Part shown: one piece after another, positions 28,775-38,176 of the stretch
Layout: each line of letters starts with the position of its first letter
Numbering within the stretch: position 1 is the first letter of the stretch
Virus record (IMG/VR): IMGVR_UViG_3300044972_000184
Coordinates: 1 to 57,308 of that record
Direction: 5' to 3' (one strand)
Length of the DNA: 57,308 nucleotides
DNA from: a virus
Lineage: Duplodnaviria; Caudoviricetes
Made by a program: the position numbers and the translations under genes
Notes under the pieces: generated by a model
What the model was told of the DNA's origin: nothing
What the model saw: only the letters and a program-made list of their open reading frames with translations
The model's database searches: none

Positions 28775-31054
28775 TTATGGGTTTATTGAGAAGGCCACAC
28801 CGTCGCCCGATGGGGAACCCGATGGCAAAGTCGTCGGGTTGGCATACTTGGTTCCAAACCCAGTGGTTGAGTTCCACGGGTAGGCAGTAATGAAGGGCGA
28901 CGACTGATGCGCAACAGCAATCGCATTACCCGCAATAGAGAACGCGACACTCAAAGCATTACTCGTCGGCAATGTTGCCGGGTCAGCGTATTTTGTGCCA
29001 AGACCGGACGTGGTGAATGGATATACAGTGATTCGCGGCGAAGTGTAATGTGCTATCGCGATACTGTCACCTGCGGGGGAGATCGCTATGCCCTCGGCGT
29101 AGCTCGTCGGCAGTGTCGCCGGGTTGGCATACTTGGTGCCGAACCCGGTGGTTGAGTTCCATGGGTAGACGAAAATAAACGGAGTACCGTTCGATGCTAT
29201 CGCAATGGTGTCACCTGCGGGGGTAAACGCTACGCCTTTGCCGGGATTACCCGGCAACGTCGTTGGGTCAGCGTACTTTGTACCAAAACCGGTGGTGGAG
29301 TTCCACGGGTAGGCCGTAACAAATGGCGAGTTCTGATGCACCACTGCAATGGCGTTGCCTGCGGGAGTGAACGCTACATCGAAACTCCCGAAAGTCGGTA
29401 GTGTCGCCGGGTCAGCATACTTGGTGCCGAACCCAGTAGACGAGTTCCATGGATAGGCTGATACATAGGCAGTGGTAGTATTACTGCCGTTCGCCGTGGC
29501 GATAGCGTCACCTAACGGCGAAAAAGTTACACCGTTAGGCGAAGTCGGCAGTGTTGTCGGGTCAGCGTATTTGGTGCCAAAACCCGCCATGGACCATGGG
29601 TAGACAATGAGTTTGCCGCCTACGACAGCCATTGCATCACCAGACGGGGTAAACGTCACGTCTCGGCCTACCGCTGGGTCCAATGTAGCTGGATTGGCGT
29701 ACTTGGTACCGAAGCCTGCCGCTGACCATGGGTATGCGGTGATGAACGGACTTGACTCGTGCGCTAGGGCGACAACTTCGTTTCTTAACGGCAAGCCTGT
29801 TTGATACAGATAATTTGCCATCCACTTGGTGGCTGTAACCTTAATGCACATCAGCGTGTTGTTTGCTGCCACGACCAGAGGTCCCGTGGTGTTGTTTCCA
29901 AACACCAACGTGTCGTTCGTTATCTTGACGGTGACTAGAACACCGCCGTTCTCCACCGTAAACAGCAAAACCGTGCCGATGGGGAAGGCTACGCTGCCGT
30001 TTGATGGGATGGTGTAAGTGCGGGTGACTGTGTCGCTGGCCGGGTGGAATATCTGCTTGCCCGCATCACCCAGCACAAGCGTGTAGTCTGCTGACCGGCT
30101 GTTCTGCGGGAAACTGACCGCACCGCCCGCCGCTGCGCTAGATACCCACGACGTTCCGTCGCTAGTCAGGACGTTACCTGAAGTGCCGGGAGCGACAGAC
30201 GTATCCCATGCCGTGCCGGTCGAGATGACCACGCCTGCTGCCGGGTAGACTGTGGGGCCGGTCGGGCCAGTCGGCCCTAGGTTGCCAACATCGCCAGTAG
30301 CGCCCGTCGGACCAGTGGGGCCTGCTACCGTTGAAGCGTCACCTGTAGCGCCCGTTGGCCCAGTCGGGCCGGCAACCGTCGAGGCGTCACCCTGCGCGCC
30401 TGTAGGGCCTGTCGGGCCTGCAACTGTGCTTGCGCTGCCGGGAACGCCTGTGGGGCCTGTGGGACCTGCTACAGTGCTTGCCTCGCCCTGCGGACCGGTG
30501 GGACCAACTGGACCAGCGACCGTGCTATCTGCACCCGCAGCGCCGGTCGGACCTGTCGGACCAGTGAGACCTGTCGGACCTGTCGGACCAGCGACCGTGC
30601 TACCTGCACCCGCCGCACCGGTGGGGCCGGTCGGACCCAGATTACCTGTCGGGCCAGTCGGACCCAGATTACCCGTCGGACCGGCTGATCCCGTCGGACC
30701 GGTAGGGCCGACGATCTGGCCGACGTTAGTCCAAGCCGAGCCGGTCCAAGCATACAGATCGCCATCAGCCGTGACGATGTAGGCGTCGTTGACGGCGTTA
30801 CCCGTGGGCGGGAGGTCGCCAACGGTGGAGACAGTTCCCTTGATGTTGATCGACGCGCCTTGCGGTCCAGTCGGACCAACGAGGCCGCCGTAGGGCAGGC
30901 TCAGATAAGGGGTGACACCATCACCGATCTTGAACTTATCGGTGTCGGTTTCCAGCACCAACTCGCGGTCAGCAAGGACCGGGTTGAACGAGGTCCAGCG
31001 CGCCAGCGTGTCGCCGCGCAGGGAAAGCTGGAAGATCGAGGCGCTAATGGTCAC
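28775..31054 (-). CDS. Collagen-like tail fibre 1 with C-terminal 7-repeat beta-propeller
   Basis: Mtd-N-like start, GPT collagen, seven YPW..GFGTKYA(D/N)P.TL repeats. Confidence 0.88.
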   Translation of the reverse strand: MTISASIFQLSLRGDTLARWTSFNPVLADRELVLETDTDKFKIGDGVTPYLSLPYGGLVGPTGPQGASINIKGTVSTVGDLPPTGNAVNDAYIVTADGDLYAWTGSAWTNVGQIVGPTGPTGSAGPTGNLGPTGPTGNLGPTGPTGAAGAGSTVAGPTGPTGLTGPTGPTGAAGADSTVAGPVGPTGPQGEASTVAGPTGPTGVPGSASTVAGPTGPTGAQGDASTVAGPTGPTGATGDASTVAGPTGPTGATGDVGNLGPTGPTGPTVYPAAGVVISTGTAWDTSVAPGTSGNVLTSDGTSWVSSAAAGGAVSFPQNSRSADYTLVLGDAGKQIFHPASDTVTRTYTIPSNGSVAFPIGTVLLFTVENGGVLVTVKITNDTLVFGNNTTGPLVVAANNTLMCIKVTATKWMANYLYQTGLPLRNEVVALAHESSPFITAYPWSAAGFGTKYANPATLDPAVGRDVTFTPSGDAMAVVGGKLIVYPWSMAGFGTKYADPTTLPTSPNGVTFSPLGDAIATANGSNTTTAYVSAYPWNSSTGFGTKYADPATLPTFGSFDVAFTPAGNAIAVVHQNSPFVTAYPWNSTTGFGTKYADPTTLPGNPGKGVAFTPAGDTIAIASNGTPFIFVYPWNSTTGFGTKYANPATLPTSYAEGIAISPAGDSIAIAHYTSPRITVYPFTTSGLGTKYADPATLPTSNALSVAFSIAGNAIAVAHQSSPFITAYPWNSTTGFGTKYANPTTLPSGSPSGDGVAFSINP

Positions 31055-31305
31055 GGTTGTGCGCTCCCAAGGTCAATAGATGCACCGCCGGTGTAGTCGG
31101 TCTCGGCGTTACCAGCGTCGATCAGCGTCGAGAGAACCGGAGCCAAGGCGATCCACTGCGTGCCTGTGCTGTAGTGCATCAGGTTGTCTTCACCGGCCAC
31201 GACCGCGCCCTCGTAGGCGTTGGTGGGTAGGTCGATGGGCGTTGTGTACCGCAGCGAACGGCCAACGCTACGATCACGACCTGATGCGAACTTCACGCTG
31301 CTCAT
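31051..31305 (-). CDS. Small structural protein
   Basis: ATGA-coupled start at 31305 (84 aa); IDAG/IDLG motifs. Confidence 0.55.
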   Translation of the reverse strand: MSSVKFASGRDRSVGRSLRYTTPIDLPTNAYEGAVVAGEDNLMHYSTGTQWIALAPVLSTLIDAGNAETDYTGGASIDLGSAQP

Positions 31306-31715
31306 GGGATCACCGTATATTCTTCGCGCTGGTTTAGCACATAGGAGAGACTGGCGGTAGCGCCTTGGAAGTTCTCGCACTTCAGTTGCAGCCTGTCGCC
31401 GGACGGAAGGTTCTGCTTGCCCAGTTCGATCAACGCGAAGTCGTTCGGCGGAATATCCATCTGGTTCAGGATTGTCCACGCCACGTTGCTTGCGTCCAGA
31501 ACTCGGATCGAGAACTGGATGGTGCTTGCTCCGTTGTTGGCCACGATAAGCGAGGTCAGCAGCGCCACCGCCTGCACGGGGCGCGCCGGGTTCGGCCCAT
31601 TCACGGGGATAAGGTAGTTCGGCACATCCAAGATCGTCGTATAGAACGACGGAACCGAAATACGGCTGACGTTGAACAGGTTAAGCGGCGGGCGCGGAGT
31701 GGTGATGGTTGCCAT
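31302..31715 (-). CDS. Small beta-sandwich structural protein
   Basis: GGAGG SD; PLN.F start; L.VAN, IPPND..L..GD.L pattern. Confidence 0.6.
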   Translation of the reverse strand: MATITTPRPPLNLFNVSRISVPSFYTTILDVPNYLIPVNGPNPARPVQAVALLTSLIVANNGASTIQFSIRVLDASNVAWTILNQMDIPPNDFALIELGKQNLPSGDRLQLKCENFQGATASLSYVLNQREEYTVIP

Positions 31716-31718
31716 GAG

Positions 31719-34199
31719 TTAGCCTCCAAGAGCCTGAATGAGTGGCAGCGTGATGTTCTGGACACCGCGAGAGAACGCCTGCCCTTCGACAGTTCCGCGC
31801 TCGAAGTCAACGCGCAGGTCTTCCCCGAGGTAGGTGTCACCCATTTCGGTCGAGAACGTAGCGTAGATACGGCCACCGTTGACCTTGAGGTTGACCAGCG
31901 CCGGATCGCCGGCAAGGCCGGTACCGCGCTGTGAGTAGGGCAGCGAGTTGAAGTTGACGCCGGAGCCGACGTAGCTGAACTGCTGACCCGTGGCCTCAAC
32001 CACCGAGGGGAACCCGAGCCGAATATCCTCGGGATCGTCGATGCTGGTCTTAATCAGGTCAATCAGTGACCTAAGCATGGACTGTGCAGGGCTGATAAGA
32101 GCGCAACGGGCAAGGATGCGGTCGTAGGTGTATTCGTAACTGGCGAGGAAGATCGGCTTCAACGCCGGATCAAAGAAGTACTCAGCGTTCCAATCGAACA
32201 GACCCTTGATGAAGAACTGCGAACCACGGTCTTGACCGGACCGGAGGTCGTCCGCCAGTTCGCGCAGCAGGGTCCGCAGGTCGCGCCGCGTGAGTTCCTC
32301 CTGCTCTATCGTGAACTCCTGCACCTCGACGAACTCATCCGCGAGAAGCGCGTAGACTTCTTCGACGATGATATCGCGCTGCTCAGTGATCGCGTCCGCC
32401 GCAGGGACGTAGAAACCGCGAGGCTCACCCACCGGATCGGGGATGCGGATCGTGTAACGGAACCCCGTCGAGACGAGAGCGTAATCCCCGAAGGTGCTGT
32501 TGCTGTTGGCGACCGTGACCTGCCCGCCGTCGTGGCACCACAGGCCATAGCGCGACCAGTTCGTGAAGACCGACACCAACTGCACGAAGGCGTTGCGGGT
32601 CATCAGGTAGGCGTAGCCGTTCGGGTTGATCGAGGTGAAGCTGTCGATCACGACCGAGCGCAGCGTCGAGGACGGAGCCAGCACTGAGCCGTCCGCGCGC
32701 AGGTTGCCCGCGCCTCTCGGCATCAACGGGTTCCCCGTCTCACGGTCAATCGGCAACGTCATCTGATCGTACGTGAAGTCGTGCAGCATTGAGCAGTCCG
32801 ACACGTACGGAGAGCGGGTGATGTTTGCGCCCGGCTTGAAGACGAAGGCGAAGCCCTTCTCCGGCGGGTAGTCATGCTCGGCCAGTTCCGCCGCGTCATC
32901 GACGTTCCGGTACAGCACACCGGAGACAGTGAAGTACTCCCACTGATCGGTGGCCGCCAGACCGGCGGTGGTGTTATCGTAGCTCGGAGGCGACTCATGC
33001 TGGAGGCCGGTGAACGTGAAGCCGCGCACCTTGCACCCGCTGGTCAGGCGGAACATGTTGTTCTGGCTGAGGCCGTTAGGCAGACGCAGCTTGGTCACGC
33101 GCAGGTCGTACCCGTACAACGCGCAGTTCGGCGGGATGTCAGTATCGGGCTGAACCACGTACTCGCCCGGCTGCACGATGACGATGCCCGGCTGGTTGAG
33201 GGCCGCGAGTTTCACGAGCGCAGCGTTGACCGTGGCGAGAGGTACCGACAAGCTGGTGCCGGTGTTGGCATCGCTACCCGCCATCGTGACGTAGAACGTG
33301 CGGGCTACCGAGTACGGGTCCGTGACACCTGCGCCCGGCGGGATTGTCCCTGCCGGCCATTGGAAGTCGTTCGGAATGACGAGATCATCAGCCGATACCA
33401 CCAGCGGTGTCGGGGTCGGGGTGTCGCGCAGTGCGAGAGTGACGAGGTCGGTCTCATGCCCGATACCGAAGGTGCGGAACCACGGCACAGCATACCGGGC
33501 CGACTGCGGGATGTAGACATCGAACACATCGCCGCCGGGGAAACCCAGCGAGTACGTTGCGGTACGCAGCAGCGAACTCACCAGCAGGGTAGCGTCGGAG
33601 CGAATGACGGCAGTACCGATCTTGTTGCCGTAGCCGTTGTACCAGTCGACGCCGGCGGTGATGCCGTCGTTCGCTGGGTCGCCGCTGTCCTTGAACCGCT
33701 GGTACGCCACGCGGAAGGTGTAGGTCTGGTTAGGCTCCAGCGGGACGCTGTCCAGCATGAAGGCCGATCCGACACCGGCGAAGCGATAGACGTTACCGTT
33801 CAGGCTGGCAGTGACCGAGCCTCCGGACAGAGTGAACCGGCTGGGGGCATCGCCGGGACGGAAGTCGCGGAACGGCTTGTCGTCGCGCGTGGCGTCCTCG
33901 ATGGCTGCCTCGATGTTGCCTACCGTCACCCGCAGTTCGACCAAGCTGCCGGGGTTGAACGACAGCGCCGCCGTCCCCTCCTGCGCGCGGACGACCGTCA
34001 GCGTATCAGTCGACCGGGCCGTAGCCTTGACGATCTCGAACAGGCCGTCAGCCGATACGATGGTGGCGAAGAAGGTGTCGCCCGTGGTCAGGGTGGGGAA
34101 GGCCGCGCCGGTCCCGGTCGACAGAACGATCTGCGTGTCACTGCCGGTGATGGCAGTGCTAAGAAACCCCCGAGCATTGTTCTTGAGTTTAACAACCAT
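31719..34199 (-). CDS. Tailspike with pectate-lyase-like beta-helix
   Basis: N-terminal anchor (NNA..L, EIVK.T.R, V.RAQEGT.A); FYV...GSD.N.G...P.AT...A, PGEY beta-helix cap. Confidence 0.75.
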   Translation of the reverse strand: MVVKLKNNARGFLSTAITGSDTQIVLSTGTGAAFPTLTTGDTFFATIVSADGLFEIVKATARSTDTLTVVRAQEGTAALSFNPGSLVELRVTVGNIEAAIEDATRDDKPFRDFRPGDAPSRFTLSGGSVTASLNGNVYRFAGVGSAFMLDSVPLEPNQTYTFRVAYQRFKDSGDPANDGITAGVDWYNGYGNKIGTAVIRSDATLLVSSLLRTATYSLGFPGGDVFDVYIPQSARYAVPWFRTFGIGHETDLVTLALRDTPTPTPLVVSADDLVIPNDFQWPAGTIPPGAGVTDPYSVARTFYVTMAGSDANTGTSLSVPLATVNAALVKLAALNQPGIVIVQPGEYVVQPDTDIPPNCALYGYDLRVTKLRLPNGLSQNNMFRLTSGCKVRGFTFTGLQHESPPSYDNTTAGLAATDQWEYFTVSGVLYRNVDDAAELAEHDYPPEKGFAFVFKPGANITRSPYVSDCSMLHDFTYDQMTLPIDRETGNPLMPRGAGNLRADGSVLAPSSTLRSVVIDSFTSINPNGYAYLMTRNAFVQLVSVFTNWSRYGLWCHDGGQVTVANSNSTFGDYALVSTGFRYTIRIPDPVGEPRGFYVPAADAITEQRDIIVEEVYALLADEFVEVQEFTIEQEELTRRDLRTLLRELADDLRSGQDRGSQFFIKGLFDWNAEYFFDPALKPIFLASYEYTYDRILARCALISPAQSMLRSLIDLIKTSIDDPEDIRLGFPSVVEATGQQFSYVGSGVNFNSLPYSQRGTGLAGDPALVNLKVNGGRIYATFSTEMGDTYLGEDLRVDFERGTVEGQAFSRGVQNITLPLIQALGG

Positions 34200-34211
34200 C
34201 CGAGGACTCCA

Positions 34212-34976
34212 TCAATCGAAGGGCTGCATACGGGCGTACACAGTTCCACGTGCGTTCCCGATATTAGCGCGGGCACGCCTCTCGGTCACGTGATAAGTGT
34301 ACTGCCGCGCGTGATACGCAGCGAGTTCTCTGTCTTTCCACGCTTGGTTCGGCATAACCAGCAGGTCTTGCAGCGCCCCATGGAAGATGACGTCCTCAAG
34401 CTCGTCGAAGATGTACTCCGGCATACCGCCCGCGTTGCGCTTCGGCTTCAGCGCATAGATAAGTCTCAGCGTGTATGCCTTCTCGTCGTCCGGTGACGGC
34501 AGCACGACGAACTGATCGGGGCCAAGCTGAGTGATGACGCGCGGTTCGCTCGTTTTTTCCAGCGCCTCGTCCGTCAGCGTGAAGGTCGAGCCTGCGTTGA
34601 AGCTGCCCTCGTTGAACTCTTGGTTGTTGAACGTGCCGCCCTCGGTCCAAAGCTGGCTGTAGTCCTCACCGCTGTACAGGTCGGCCCATGCCGGGTAGCG
34701 CCGCAGCGCCTCCTCCAGCGTTACGCGGTCAAGCGGGTAGCCGTTCACCGCCGCATCGAAGACAGCGTGGACATCGGCGTTTGCCGGCTTGCGGTAGAAG
34801 TACTGATGGACCGCAGGCGTCAGGTCGTAGGTCGGCTGGGCGATGCGCCATGCCAGCGTCCGCTCACACACGCGGATAGCCGCGATGCGGATCGCAGACT
34901 CCATGAGCGGCTGCGGGCAACCCGGTACGTTCGGGTTGATGCGCGGGATGAGCGAGGCGAAAGTCCTGTCAGCCAT
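34212..34976 (-). CDS. Head-tail adaptor / tail tubular protein
   Basis: VPGCP..AIR.AAI..CERT..W, ALKP, GAL..L..MP...W. Confidence 0.7.
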   Translation of the reverse strand: MADRTFASLIPRINPNVPGCPQPLMESAIRIAAIRVCERTLAWRIAQPTYDLTPAVHQYFYRKPANADVHAVFDAAVNGYPLDRVTLEEALRRYPAWADLYSGEDYSQLWTEGGTFNNQEFNEGSFNAGSTFTLTDEALEKTSEPRVITQLGPDQFVVLPSPDDEKAYTLRLIYALKPKRNAGGMPEYIFDELEDVIFHGALQDLLVMPNQAWKDRELAAYHARQYTYHVTERRARANIGNARGTVYARMQPFD

Positions 34977-35620
34977 TAGACCACCTGCCTCGGATCAAGC
35001 CCGCCTGCGTCGGTATCAGTGATGGTGCGGGTCTGGAGACCGGCGACCAGCGTCTGGTTGAACGAGTCGAGGAACAGCTTGGCGCGGCCTGTGCTGACAT
35101 GCTCGTCGTCGATGGACTGCGACAGGAACACCGTACCGTCTACCAGTGATGGGAGGTAGGTGTCGCTCAGCAGGTCGATCTCTTGGTTGATCGTGTAGTC
35201 GTCGGGGGCGACTGCATACTCAGTGACCAGCGAGACGCCGTCTGCCGGCGCAGGATAGAGGAAGTAGCTCGTCGGGTTACGGACGTGCCGGACGTAGTTC
35301 ACTGGCTGCCCAGCGGGCGCTGAGCGCCAACCGGGATACGTCTGGTCGAGAGCGTTCTTGTCGACCTCAGTGATAACGTCTCCGCCCTCGACGTTGTACA
35401 CCTCGACAAGACGGGTGGCCTTGGACGGTAGCCGCTGCACAACCGTGTTCGGCGTCGTGGCTACCGTCTCGAAGACCGTGAACAGATCAGGCCGGACCAT
35501 AGCCATTCGCTTCAGTGCCTGATTGACAAACCCCAGCAGTACCGCGTCGGTGTAGCGATACGGAGTCCGGGTGTCCTGCACCAGTGGGCGAACTTGGGCT
35601 ATGATCTCAGCAGGTGTCAC
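34976..35620 (-). CDS. Head-tail adaptor (tubular protein A-like)
   Basis: LVQD...RYT...LL.FVN.A...RPD, FLYPAP. Confidence 0.75.
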   Translation of the reverse strand: MTPAEIIAQVRPLVQDTRTPYRYTDAVLLGFVNQALKRMAMVRPDLFTVFETVATTPNTVVQRLPSKATRLVEVYNVEGGDVITEVDKNALDQTYPGWRSAPAGQPVNYVRHVRNPTSYFLYPAPADGVSLVTEYAVAPDDYTINQEIDLLSDTYLPSLVDGTVFLSQSIDDEHVSTGRAKLFLDSFNQTLVAGLQTRTITDTDAGGLDPRQVV

Positions 35621-35886
35621 TCAGGAAAACCTCGACTGGCTTCGGCTGCCAACTCGGGATCGGTATACACTGGTTGTGGCTGAATGTCAGTAGCCAGATC
35701 GAGACCGGGCTTGGCGACCTTGCGGCGCTTGGCGATACGTGTTTCGACCTCATCGTCGATGAACCGCTCAGGGTACGCAACCTGCTCCGGCACCACTTCG
35801 CAATTCGGATTGCGGGCCAGCATCTCGTTGTAATCATAGATGAAGCCGTCGGCCTTCACCCGGATGTACATCTTCTCACTCATCAC
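35617..35886 (-). CDS. Hypothetical protein
   Basis: Coupled ORF in head operon. Confidence 0.6.
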   Translation of the reverse strand: MMSEKMYIRVKADGFIYDYNEMLARNPNCEVVPEQVAYPERFIDDEVETRIAKRRKVAKPGLDLATDIQPQPVYTDPELAAEASRGFPE

Positions 35887-36044
35887 TTCTTCCTCGCCTT
35901 GCCTGCTTCGCTCAACGCGATAGCAATTGCCTGTTTGCGCGACTTGACGACGGGGGCTTTCTTCGGACCCTTCGGGTCGATCCCGCCATGGAGAGTGCCG
36001 CGCTTAAACTCCCCCATTACCTTGGCGACTTTGTCCTTCGGCAT
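35883..36044 (-). CDS. 53-aa basic protein (DUF6496-like; not in ORF track)
   Basis: KVAKVMGEFKRGTLH..VKSRKQAIAIALSEA. Confidence 0.7.
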   Translation of the reverse strand: MPKDKVAKVMGEFKRGTLHGGIDPKGPKKAPVVKSRKQAIAIALSEAGKARKK

Positions 36045-36045
36045 G

Positions 36046-36276
36046 TCACTTCCTCTTACCCGATGGGGACACCGGCCACGATTTGCGGTCGGGGCTGGTC
36101 TTCTTGCCGGCCATCGCGCGCTTCTCGCTGGCGGTCATCTTAGCTGCGGCAGCGGCAGGTCGGCAAGCCGGGTACGCACGAGACGACTTCTCGGACCCGG
36201 ATCGACCGCAGTCCTTGCCGGTCTTCACGTCGACCCACTTCTCACCGAACCACTTACCAAGGCCGCCCTTGCTCAT
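36046..36276 (-). CDS. Small basic protein (WF.EKWVD..CGR..YP.CRP type)
   Basis: Coupled ATG at 36276; motif recognisable from other viral genomes. Confidence 0.65.
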   Translation of the reverse strand: MSKGGLGKWFGEKWVDVKTGKDCGRSGSEKSSRAYPACRPAAAAAKMTASEKRAMAGKKTSPDRKSWPVSPSGKRK

Positions 36277-36443
36277 TTCTTCACCCGGTTGTCCGGGCCT
36301 TTCCACCCGCCGCCGCGCTTCTTGTACTCCTTCGACGCCCACGCATTGGCATAGGCGCTGGGGTACACATCGAACTTCGACTTGGCCTCAGACTTGACCT
36401 TGGACCAGAGCGAAGGGTTGGTGGGTTTGGGACTGTCGGCCAT
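36273..36443 (-). CDS. Small basic protein (DUF5872-like)
   Basis: P.LW..VK..AK..PSAYA..YKKRGG. Confidence 0.65.
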   Translation of the reverse strand: MADSPKPTNPSLWSKVKSEAKSKFDVYPSAYANAWASKEYKKRGGGWKGPDNRVKK

Positions 36444-36703
36444 TAGCACTTCCACGCTTTCAGGGACAACGCCTTGCGTGTCGGCCTGCCCTTCTCATCC
36501 TTCATCGGACCGGGCATCCCAGACATCCGGGCGCAAAAACTTTTGCGCCGCGCCGCATCTTTCTCATTTGTCGGGTTAGGGGCAGGCGGCTTGAGACCCG
36601 GCTTGCCGGGGTTCGCCTTGTTGTAGGACGCACGACCCTTGGCGTTCAGGCCGCCCTCTGGGTCCTTCCCTTCCTTGCGGGTCCATGCGGGGGACTTGGC
36701 CAT
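36443..36703 (-). CDS. Small basic protein (DUF6321-like)
   Basis: GGLNAKGR..LKPP..RRKSFCARM..L.AW.C. Confidence 0.7.
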   Translation of the reverse strand: MAKSPAWTRKEGKDPEGGLNAKGRASYNKANPGKPGLKPPAPNPTNEKDAARRKSFCARMSGMPGPMKDEKGRPTRKALSLKAWKC

Positions 36704-37596
36704 TACGATACCGCCCCTTTCAGGATAGTGAACTGAATCACCGGGCTATCCGTCCCCGTCGCGGGGATAGTCGCGTTGTCGATATTCCCCACCGAGATGA
36801 CGCATGATCCCGCTGCCGTCGAGACGACATGGACCTGATAGTATTTCCGCGTGGCAGCCGCGCAGCCGGACTTAATCCCGAGGATAAGGACGTCGTTTGC
36901 CCCAATCGCGCTGTTCGTCAGCGTGAACTCATCAGCATCATGGCCGCTGACCGTTCCCGCGAACAGAGTGATCTCACCGGTGATCTTGTTGAGTGTCACT
37001 CCGGTCGTCCGACTTGTCGCTTGAACGACAGAGCCGCCCGTACCAGCGGAGTACCCGATTGAAGTCGTAGCCTCGACGGTCGTACCCTTCACCGAGGCCG
37101 GCGTTGTCGCGCCAACGGTGGTACCGTCGATTGCACCTGCGTCGATGTCCACCTTGGTGATGTTCACCTCACCCGTGCCCTTGGGTGTGATGTTGATGTC
37201 GATGTTCGTGTCGGTGCCGTCCGCAGCAAGCGTGTTGCCGTTAAGGTTGCACCCTGCCGCAGCAGCACTTGTCGCAAACGTGACGGATTCGACCAGCGTC
37301 ACACCTGTGAAGGAGCCGCTGAAGGTCACACCGGAGATCGCTCCGCCCGTGATGGCGACGTTGTTGGCTGCTTGCGTGGCGATGGTGCCGAGTCCGAGCG
37401 CAGTACGCGCTTGAGACTGATTGAGGAAGGTGATCTGGGAGAACGCGCCCGACATGGACTGCGTACCCAGCCTCAGCGTGGTCGCAACCCCAGTGCCGCT
37501 GTAGACCGTCTTCTCAGTTGCGGTCGGCCCGTCGCTGACATGCAGCAACTGGTCGAACGTCTCGTTGATCTTGGTCCCAGTCAGGTTCGTCGGCAT
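36703..37596 (-). CDS. Thr/Gly-rich head or tail fibre-like protein
   Basis: ARTALGLG, ITGG.I.G, NIDINITPKG.G, QATS.TT.VTLN..GEIT. Confidence 0.65.
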   Translation of the reverse strand: MPTNLTGTKINETFDQLLHVSDGPTATEKTVYSGTGVATTLRLGTQSMSGAFSQITFLNQSQARTALGLGTIATQAANNVAITGGAISGVTFSGSFTGVTLVESVTFATSAAAAGCNLNGNTLAADGTDTNIDINITPKGTGEVNITKVDIDAGAIDGTTVGATTPASVKGTTVEATTSIGYSAGTGGSVVQATSRTTGVTLNKITGEITLFAGTVSGHDADEFTLTNSAIGANDVLILGIKSGCAAATRKYYQVHVVSTAAGSCVISVGNIDNATIPATGTDSPVIQFTILKGAVS

Positions 37597-37616
37597 ATCT
37601 CACCCTTATCAGAAAC

Positions 37617-37634
37617 GGGGGGCCGAAGCCCCCC
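37617..37634 (-). terminator. Intrinsic terminator after head decoration gene
   Basis: Minus strand GGGGGGC-UUCG-GCCCCCC then GUUUCU. Confidence 0.65.
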
Positions 37635-37640
37635 ATCCCC

Positions 37641-38126
37641 TTAGTTGCAGTCAGCCACGATGGCCCACACGCGCATCACCGCCACGTCGGCAGCGTTCAC
37701 GGTGGTCACGTCGATGGTGTCAGCAGCACCGTAGTACTTGCCGAAGCCGAACGCCGGCGACAGCGTGTTCGGAGCGCCTTCAACCAGCGTCACCGTCGAG
37801 GACGAGTAGCCGGCCACGGTGTTAGCGTTCACGCCATCGAGGAAGCCGTCCGGGTCAGCGCCGTCACCGACGTCGATGGTCAGCGTGCCGCCTTCCGCCT
37901 TGGTCACGTCGACGCCGACATTCAGGACCTGCGACTTCGCCGGGATACGCAGGACTTCCAGCACGTCGCCGCTGGTCAGGGCGGTGGCACCGGCAGCCAG
38001 ACGGGCGGCAGTGATGGCGGCGAAGTCGAGGGTGACTTCGAGCACAGTGACCTTGTGCAGACCGTTGTCAACGTAGGCAGCAGCAGTGCCCTTATTGAAG
38101 CCGAGGGAGTCAGTATAGGTAGCCAT
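37641..38126 (-). CDS. Head decoration / cement protein
   Basis: 161 aa beta-sandwich directly after the capsid gene; IPA..V..V..T.DVGD..DPDGF. Confidence 0.7.
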   Translation of the reverse strand: MATYTDSLGFNKGTAAAYVDNGLHKVTVLEVTLDFAAITAARLAAGATALTSGDVLEVLRIPAKSQVLNVGVDVTKAEGGTLTIDVGDGADPDGFLDGVNANTVAGYSSSTVTLVEGAPNTLSPAFGFGKYYGAADTIDVTTVNAADVAVMRVWAIVADCN

Positions 38127-38151
38127 GATGAGAACCTTTCAGAAAGAAGTA

Positions 38152-38173
38152 TGAGGGGGCCGAAGCCCCCTCA
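38152..38173 (-). terminator. Intrinsic terminator after major capsid gene
   Basis: Minus strand UGAGGGGGC-UUCG-GCCCCCUCA then UACUUCUUU. Confidence 0.7.
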
Positions 38174-38176
38174 CGA

